Source: an uncultured Gammaproteobacteria bacterium (lineage in GTDB: Bacteria > Patescibacteriota > Microgenomatia > Levybacterales > UBA12049). From it: a stretch of 64,000 nt of DNA. The stretch covers positions 59,331 to 123,330 of the forward strand of contig CAYQEJ010000004.1 in the NCBI GenBank assembly GCA_964416505.1, written 5' to 3'. Both the position numbers and the translations under genes were made by a program. The notes below the pieces were generated by a model. The model worked only from the letters and a program-made list of their open reading frames with translations, was not told the origin of the DNA and ran no database searches. The stretch's first letter is position 1. The number at the start of each line of letters is the position of its first letter. This document shows, in pieces, positions 59,089 to 64,000 of the stretch.

Positions 59089-59826
59089 TTACTTAGTACC
59101 CCTTTTTTTTAATATAAATTTATTTGAATACTTTTTCGGATTTCTGGTTTTCCCAAATGCAGGACGACCCGCATATGTCTTTGGACGTTTTAGACCGATT
59201 CCTGAGCGTCCTTCTCCTCCTCCATGAGCATGTGATCTTGGATTCTGAGCTACTCCTCTTACAGTTGGCCTAATACCCATGTGCCTTCTTCTTCCAGCTT
59301 TTCCAAAAAACTCATTTTTCCAGTCAATGTTTGAAAGCACCCCGACAGTTGCCATACAAGCTCCAAGAACTCTTCTAACTTCTCCCGAAGGAAGTTTCAC
59401 ATGAACATAATTTCCTTCTCTTGCTTGAACTACTGCTCCAACTCCCGCACCTCTCGCAAGCTGTCCTCCTCTACCGGGTGTTAGCTCAACATTATGAACT
59501 ACTGTTCCAACTGGAATACTTGATAAAGGAAGGGAATTTCCTACTTTAGAAGAAACATCCTTTCCCGAGCTAATTTTATCGTTAACTTTTAGATCAAGAG
59601 GAGCAATTATATATCTTTTTTCTCCATCTGCATAGTGAACGAGCGCAATATCTGCAGTTCTGTTTGGATCATACTCGATAGAGACTACGCGACCAACTGT
59701 TCCAGATTTATCTCTTTTGAAATCTATTTTTCTAAGAAATCTTTTATGTTCTCCACCCTGATGTCTAACAACTACTTTTCCATTGCTTCTTCCTGCATTT
59801 TTCTTTCTAATTACTTTTAATTTCAT
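59089..59826 (-). CDS. rplB: 50S ribosomal protein L2. It appears about 30 aa shorter at the N-terminus than typical bacterial L2.
   Basis: ...[20 protein letters not shown]...[13 protein letters not shown]...GHGGGEGR... Confidence 0.9.
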   Translation of the reverse strand: MKLKVIRKKNAGRSNGKVVVRHQGGEHKRFLRKIDFKRDKSGTVGRVVSIEYDPNRTADIALVHYADGEKRYIIAPLDLKVNDKISSGKDVSSKVGNSLPLSSIPVGTVVHNVELTPGRGGQLARGAGVGAVVQAREGNYVHVKLPSGEVRRVLGACMATVGVLSNIDWKNEFFGKAGRRRHMGIRPTVRGVAQNPRSHAHGGGEGRSGIGLKRPKTYAGRPAFGKTRNPKKYSNKFILKKRGTK

Positions 59827-59828
59827 AT

Positions 59829-60119
59829 TTAACTTTCTCCTCCTAATTCAAATAACCCAATTTTTTCTCCTTTTTTAAGAGTTACGATTGCTTTTTTCCA
59901 AGCAGTAAGAGATTTTTCATTTCTTCTTGCACCAACTCTAATTGATTTTCCTTTTAAAATATTTGTTGTAATTTTAGTCACATTTACACTAAATCTTTTT
60001 TCAATTTCTTTTTTGATTTCATCTTTATTAGCAGTTTTTAAAACTTTAAATGTAAATTTCCCATTACCTGCATCCAGCATAGATTTTTCTGTAATTAAAG
60101 CTTGAATTATTGCACTCAT
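59829..60119 (-). CDS. rplW: 50S ribosomal protein L23.
   Basis: ...[19 protein letters not shown]... Confidence 0.85.
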   Translation of the reverse strand: MSAIIQALITEKSMLDAGNGKFTFKVLKTANKDEIKKEIEKRFSVNVTKITTNILKGKSIRVGARRNEKSLTAWKKAIVTLKKGEKIGLFELGGES

Positions 60120-60907
60120 TATTTAGCACTCCTTTTTACTCCGCCAAGCGGAGCTAAAACTTCAACTGATTCTTTCATAAAAAGTATATTTTTATTTTTC
60201 AAAACCTCATAAGTATTTAAAAGTTTTGCATTCATAACTTCTACGTTTTTTATATTCCTTGCAGCTCTATAAACATTTGGTAATTCTTTTGGATTTGCAG
60301 AAATTACGAGCAAAACTCTATTCTTTGACTTTACATCTTCAGTTACTTTTACAATTAATTGATTCATGTTTTTTGTTTTTGCTTCTATCTTATCTAAACC
60401 CGAAAGAACAGTAATAGATCCTTCTTTTGCTTTTAGAGAAAGAGCGGATAAAAGAGCTGCTTTTTTCATTTTCTGAGGCATAGAAAGAGAATAATCTCTT
60501 AATCTTGGTCCATGAGCAACTCCTCCCTTTACAAAAATCGGAGCTCTCTTTCCTCCATGTCTTGCTCCACCTGTTCCTTTTTGTCTATAAATTTTCTTAG
60601 TTGATCCTATTACCTCTCCTCTTGTTAAGGTCTTAGCAGATCCTATTCTCTGATTTGCTAGATAAACCCTAACAGCTTGAGCCATGAGAGCATCATTTAT
60701 TTTTCCACCAAATACTTCTTTAGGAAGTGAAAATGTTCCATTTTTAGCACCTTTTACATCAAACATTGGGGCGTTCAAACCAGACACTTTTACTTCTGCT
60801 TCTACTTTTTCTGTTTTCGTAACTTTTGATACAGCAACCTTTTTAGCTGCTGCCTTTTTTACGGGTGTTTTTACTTCTTTAATTGTTTTTGTTTTACTTG
60901 TCGCCAT
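60119..60907 (-). CDS. rplD: 50S ribosomal protein L4 with a Lys/Ala-rich N-terminal extension.
   Basis: ...VSGLNAPMFDVKGAKNG...LANQRIGSAKTLTRGEV... An extra basic N-terminus of about 40-50 aa is present. Confidence 0.9.
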   Translation of the reverse strand: MATSKTKTIKEVKTPVKKAAAKKVAVSKVTKTEKVEAEVKVSGLNAPMFDVKGAKNGTFSLPKEVFGGKINDALMAQAVRVYLANQRIGSAKTLTRGEVIGSTKKIYRQKGTGGARHGGKRAPIFVKGGVAHGPRLRDYSLSMPQKMKKAALLSALSLKAKEGSITVLSGLDKIEAKTKNMNQLIVKVTEDVKSKNRVLLVISANPKELPNVYRAARNIKNVEVMNAKLLNTYEVLKNKNILFMKESVEVLAPLGGVKRSAK

Positions 60908-61775
60908 CTTTTACTTCCTCCTTGTTTTCTTGATTTTCCGCTTGCTCCTCTGCTTCCGTAGATGAAGTTACTTCTTCTGCTGGAGCTACATCTTGTGCAG
61001 AGTTTTCCTCAGCTGGTTTTTCAGCTTCTAATTTTGCTGCTTCTTCTGCAGCCACTCTATCAGCTTCTTCCTGTGCTGCTTTTGCAGCTGCTTCCTCAGC
61101 TGCTACCACTTCAGGATCCCTGAAAAGAGGAACAAATTTTTTATCTTCCCCCGCTTTTTCTATAAAAATCATTCCATTAATGATCCCTGGAACAAGACCT
61201 TTAATTACTAAAACGCCGTCATTTGTAATGTCTACAATTCTCAGATTTTTAACTGTAACTGTGTCATTTCCCATTCTCCCTGCCATTCTTTTTCCTTTAT
61301 AAACTCTTCCTGGAGTTGTTCCCTGACCAATTGAACCAGGAGCTCTCCATCTATCTGACTGACCATGAGTTTTTGGTCCTCCACTAAATCCATGCCTCTT
61401 CATTCCTCCTTGAAATCCTTTTCCTTTAGAAATTCCTGTTATATTTACCAAATCTCCAGGCTGAAAAACTTCTGAAGGATTCAAAGTTACACCTAATTCT
61501 GGAAGCACTTCGTCTTCATCTTTGATTCTTACTTCTCTTAAAAATTTAGGAGCTTTTTCTAAATTAGCTCCTTTTTTTGCGTGTCCTATTTCTGCTCTAC
61601 TAGCCTTTTTCTTAGCGCTAAATCCAAGCTGCACAGCTTGGTAATGATCTTTTTCGTTAGTTTTATGAGACACTACAACATTTCCGTTAACATCCACGAG
61701 AGTAACCGGAATTCTCATTCCGTTTTCTAAAAATCTTTGACTCTGTACTTTCTTGATACCTATTAGAGACTGCAT
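60894..61775 (-). CDS. rplC: 50S ribosomal protein L3 with an Ala/Glu-rich acidic C-terminal extension. The start is taken at MQSLIGIKK.
   Basis: ...LIGIKKVQSQRF...GKGFQGGMKRHGF.... About 85 C-terminal residues are low-complexity (AAEEAAAKAAQEEADRVAAEEAAKLEAEK...). Confidence 0.9.
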   Translation of the reverse strand: MQSLIGIKKVQSQRFLENGMRIPVTLVDVNGNVVVSHKTNEKDHYQAVQLGFSAKKKASRAEIGHAKKGANLEKAPKFLREVRIKDEDEVLPELGVTLNPSEVFQPGDLVNITGISKGKGFQGGMKRHGFSGGPKTHGQSDRWRAPGSIGQGTTPGRVYKGKRMAGRMGNDTVTVKNLRIVDITNDGVLVIKGLVPGIINGMIFIEKAGEDKKFVPLFRDPEVVAAEEAAAKAAQEEADRVAAEEAAKLEAEKPAEENSAQDVAPAEEVTSSTEAEEQAENQENKEEVKDGDK

Positions 61776-61974
61776 ATAGATAAAATTTACAAACAAAAAA
61801 GCGACCACATAGTGTCGCTCAATTCCCAAGTAGAAATTAAACTCAAACAGAAACTATGTAGCTATCACCTCCTGTGTTTGTAAAGCCATTTTGTACATGT
61901 AATTATAGCTAAGCGCGTGCGTAAATGCAAGGGGAAGGGAAGAATTTAATAAGAAAAGATCCCCAAACAAACCT

Positions 61975-62541
61975 TTATGTTCTCTTTTTAATTGGAGCAC
62001 TTGCTGTGTAAGTTTTTGGATTACGCACGTAGCTACCTACTTCATATCCTAATTCTTCAGCAAGCAACCTATATGCAGATAGTTTTTCTCGATCAGTCTC
62101 AGAAATTCCTTTCGGATCAGTAAAACTACCTATTGATCCCTTTTCTGCAGCTGAATGTATGTTTTCTATCATCACTTCCCTCATGCCTGGAGGCTGCCTA
62201 TCCCAAAATCTTTGCGCATACATCTCATCCGGCTTCACTTGTTTTCCTCCTACTACTTCAACTTTTCCATCTTTACCTTTTCTTAACTGTGGTGGATGAT
62301 GCGGCTCATACATTTTCCCATCCATTACAAATGGCTTAGGAATATATGGTCCACCCGGAAGACGCCTTGCTAATGAATTAAGAGCCTGGTTAATTCCTAA
62401 GGGCCCCGTATTCAAATTAGGCTCAATTTGTCGCACAAGACCCGCATTTCCTGGATGAGGAATACTAGGAGACTTGGAAGGACTAGTAGATCCAACTGGT
62501 TCTACTGTTTTAATCGGTTCAACATCTGCCATACATACCAA
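61975..62541 (-). CDS. Hypothetical Pro-rich protein inserted between rpsJ and rplC.
   Basis: 188-aa ORF with a GC content that looks above the local average. No family recognised. Confidence 0.4.
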   Translation of the reverse strand: MVCMADVEPIKTVEPVGSTSPSKSPSIPHPGNAGLVRQIEPNLNTGPLGINQALNSLARRLPGGPYIPKPFVMDGKMYEPHHPPQLRKGKDGKVEVVGGKQVKPDEMYAQRFWDRQPPGMREVMIENIHSAAEKGSIGSFTDPKGISETDREKLSAYRLLAEELGYEVGSYVRNPKTYTASAPIKKRT

Positions 62542-62620
62542 TATAACATTTATAAACGTTATGTAAATATCTTAAGCTCGCTTAAAAATAAAATCACTTC
62601 TTTCCCGATTGATTATATTC

Positions 62621-62651
62621 TAGCCTCGCAAGGCCTGGCCTTGCGAGGCTA
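62621..62651. repeat. GC-rich perfect palindrome, repeat family copy 2 (TAGCCTCGCAAGGCC-t-GGCCTTGCGAGGCTA).
   Basis: Its arms are identical to the copy at 42095. The 3' flank AAGCGCTATAAGATATCTG resembles the flank of copy 3. Confidence 0.85.
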
Positions 62652-62690
62652 AAGCGCTATAAGATATCTGAGAATTAAATTTATCTTGGA

Positions 62691-63239
62691 TTACTTTCTT
62701 CTAATCTTCTGTGCAATTGATTCTCGAACTTTTTTCACTCTATTAACAAAGGGGTCTATCCTTCCTGAAGCAATTAATGCATTAAAAGGAATAAACCACA
62801 CAGGAATTGTTAAGGATGTTGCAATAATACTGTCAACCAAAAGCTGATTATCATGATTATAAACTGCAATGGCATTTATTGGATTCGTTAACTGAAGATA
62901 AACATGATTTCCAGCATGCTCTAGAGCAGAAGACATAACTGGCCTTCCTGTCATAATATTAAAAGTTGTTCCATAGGGACTAGCGCTATATTGTCTTTCT
63001 CTTAAATTTCTCGCTTCTAGAGCAATACTAGCAGCATTCGCTACAAACGATACCCCTATTAATGTAGCTCTTGCTAAATCCGGCGTACCACTTGACAGTA
63101 AATGCGTAGCTGTAGTTAAACCTGCTTCTATTGGAAGTATTGATGGAATTGATGCTGTAAAAATCGCTGAAGTAACAGCAATTCCTTCTGGATTTATTCT
63201 ACCTTTGGCTGATTGATATCTCTCTCTAACGCTTGGCAT
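62691..63239 (-). CDS. Hypothetical protein, possibly membrane-associated, inserted between rpsJ and rplC.
   Basis: 182-aa ORF with hydrophobic stretches. No family recognised. Confidence 0.4.
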   Translation of the reverse strand: MPSVRERYQSAKGRINPEGIAVTSAIFTASIPSILPIEAGLTTATHLLSSGTPDLARATLIGVSFVANAASIALEARNLRERQYSASPYGTTFNIMTGRPVMSSALEHAGNHVYLQLTNPINAIAVYNHDNQLLVDSIIATSLTIPVWFIPFNALIASGRIDPFVNRVKKVRESIAQKIRRK

Positions 63240-63263
63240 ATGCCGGCAATTATAGCAAAGGGG

Positions 63264-63614
63264 CTATTGAATTCCTAAAATTCCTGAACCAATAATTACA
63301 GAGGCAACAGCTATTAATATAGCTACTATTATCAAAAAAAATACCATCCATATACGCTTAGTTCTTCTGTTTAAATCTTTTAAAACAATAGAATCCTGTG
63401 CGTATTGAAAGATTCTATTACATTTTAAACATCTATAAGCAACTACTCTCCTAAGATCTGTGAAATTAGCTTCATTTGTTCCAATAATATAGTTTTTTGT
63501 TCCGGACGGGACATTACCGCTTTTAGCATAACGCTGAATCAAAACTGCTCCGTAAGTACTATCGAGAATAACTCCATTTTCAAAATCTCCACCACAATCA
63601 GGACATTTTTTCAT
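63264..63614 (-). CDS. Small zinc-ribbon protein with a C-terminal TM helix.
   Basis: CPDCGG...CLKCNR forms a CxxC...CxxC ribbon. The C-terminal helix is MVFFLIIVAILIAVASVIIG. Confidence 0.45.
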   Translation of the reverse strand: MKKCPDCGGDFENGVILDSTYGAVLIQRYAKSGNVPSGTKNYIIGTNEANFTDLRRVVAYRCLKCNRIFQYAQDSIVLKDLNRRTKRIWMVFFLIIVAILIAVASVIIGSGILGIQ

Positions 63615-63650
63615 AAACTAATCATTTCAGATATTGCAAGTGAATTCAAT

Positions 63651-63681
63651 CAGCCTCGCAAGGCCAGGCCTTGCGAGACTA
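63651..63681. repeat. GC-rich palindrome, repeat family copy 3. It has one arm mismatch and lies between rpsJ and the inserted genes.
   Basis: CAGCCTCGCAAGGCC-a-GGCCTTGCGAGACTA, with the flank AAGACACTATAAGACTG. Confidence 0.8.
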
Positions 63682-63777
63682 AGACACTATAAGACTGTCA
63701 TAAAATTCACTACGAAATAATTTTCAGTGGGTAAAAAGGGTATAAGATGAAGATTAGAAAATATCAGAGAAGCAAGA

Positions 63778-64000
63778 TTACATCTTTATTTCGATGTTGA
63801 CTCCTGCTGGGAGCTCTAAATGTCCGAGGGAATCCATGGTTTTTTCTGTTGGACTAACAATATCTATAAGTCTTTTATGTACTTTAATTTCAAAATGATC
63901 TCTAGCGTCTTTATCAATGAAAGGGGACTTATTTACTGCGTAGACTGATCTTTTAGTAGGCAAAGGTATTGGTCCCACAACTTTAGCTCCGGTTCTAATA
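63778..64000 (-). CDS. rpsJ: 30S ribosomal protein S10. The N-terminus runs off the window edge, so it is partial.
   Basis: ...[72 protein letters not shown]. The frame stays open to position 64000. Confidence 0.9.
   Translation of the reverse strand, partial: IRTGAKVVGPIPLPTKRSVYAVNKSPFIDKDARDHFEIKVHKRLIDIVSPTEKTMDSLGHLELPAGVNIEIKM

Noticed and set aside
1-64000. An alternative genetic code (UGA recoding as in some CPR lineages).
   Set aside because: Long conserved genes (secA, pilB, recA, ribosomal proteins) are intact under the standard code with no in-frame UGA-dependent extension needed.
1-64000. A CRISPR array, rRNA genes, or transposase/integrase genes.
   Set aside because: No regularly spaced short direct repeats, no rRNA-like conserved stretches and no DDE or tyrosine recombinase ORFs were found by eye. 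The only repeats are the 25-bp direct repeat pair and the 31-nt palindromes.

Overview
This is an AT-rich stretch of bacterial chromosome, roughly 30-35% GC by eye. Standard-code ORFs run intact; SecA reads through uninterrupted at 913 aa, so no recoding is evident. The overall character matches a Candidate Phyla Radiation (CPR)/Patescibacteria-like organism: small dense genes, and the ribosomal cluster lacks rpmD (L30, the 50S protein usually between rpsE and rplO). Ribosomal proteins carry odd extensions, there is a type IV pilus locus, and several archaeal-type enzymes are present.

Contents from left to right:
(1) A relatively GC-rich hypothetical gene, possibly truncated at the window start.
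(2) A surface-glycosylation set: three predicted multi-TM membrane proteins (two with a GT-C-like D/E loop motif), a GT2 polyprenol-phosphate glycosyltransferase and an NAD epimerase. This sits directly downstream of the pilus operon.
(3) A type IV pilus operon on the minus strand, in transcription order: pilB ATPase, pilC platform, a 173-aa minor pilin, a 986-aa giant pilin-like protein, two more minor pilins, a bitopic protein, then the major pilin.
(4) A single-gene 'cassette' (535-aa exported protein) bounded by a perfect 25-bp direct repeat; one repeat copy is the last codons of secA.
(5) Housekeeping genes: secA, serS, rdgB, class I lysRS, an archaeal-type PPAT fused to a DUF359 domain, kbl-tdh, greA, a solute-binding protein (SBP), a VanW-like protein, tsaD, rmuC, and a UvrD-like helicase fused to a nuclease.
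(6) An RNase P RNA (rnpB) not shown in the ORF track.
(7) hup, rny, recA-recX, a tRNA-Pro(GGG), and uppS with an IDI-like Nudix gene.
(8) A long ribosomal superoperon on the minus strand: S10 ... L3-L4-L23-L2-S19-L22-S3-L16-L29-S17-L14-L24-L5-S14(Zn)-S8-L6-L18-S5-L15-secY-adk-kinase-kinase-map-infA-rpmJ-S13-S11-S4-rpoA-L17-L13-S9.

The points most worth a second look:
- The pilus locus, with a giant class-III-signal-peptide pilin and a pilA-tfpO-like neighbourhood suggesting pilin glycosylation.
- A roughly 2 kb three-gene insertion between rpsJ and rplC, punctuated by a family of perfect GC-rich 31-nt palindromes.
- The 25-bp direct-repeat cassette at the secA 3' end.
- A zinc-ribbon L24 and the acidic and basic tails on L3, L4 and L17.
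- Three nucleoside monophosphate (NMP) kinase paralogs in tandem after secY.
- The archaeal-type CoA and lysyl-tRNA synthetase enzymes.

No CRISPR array, rRNA or obvious transposase was seen.
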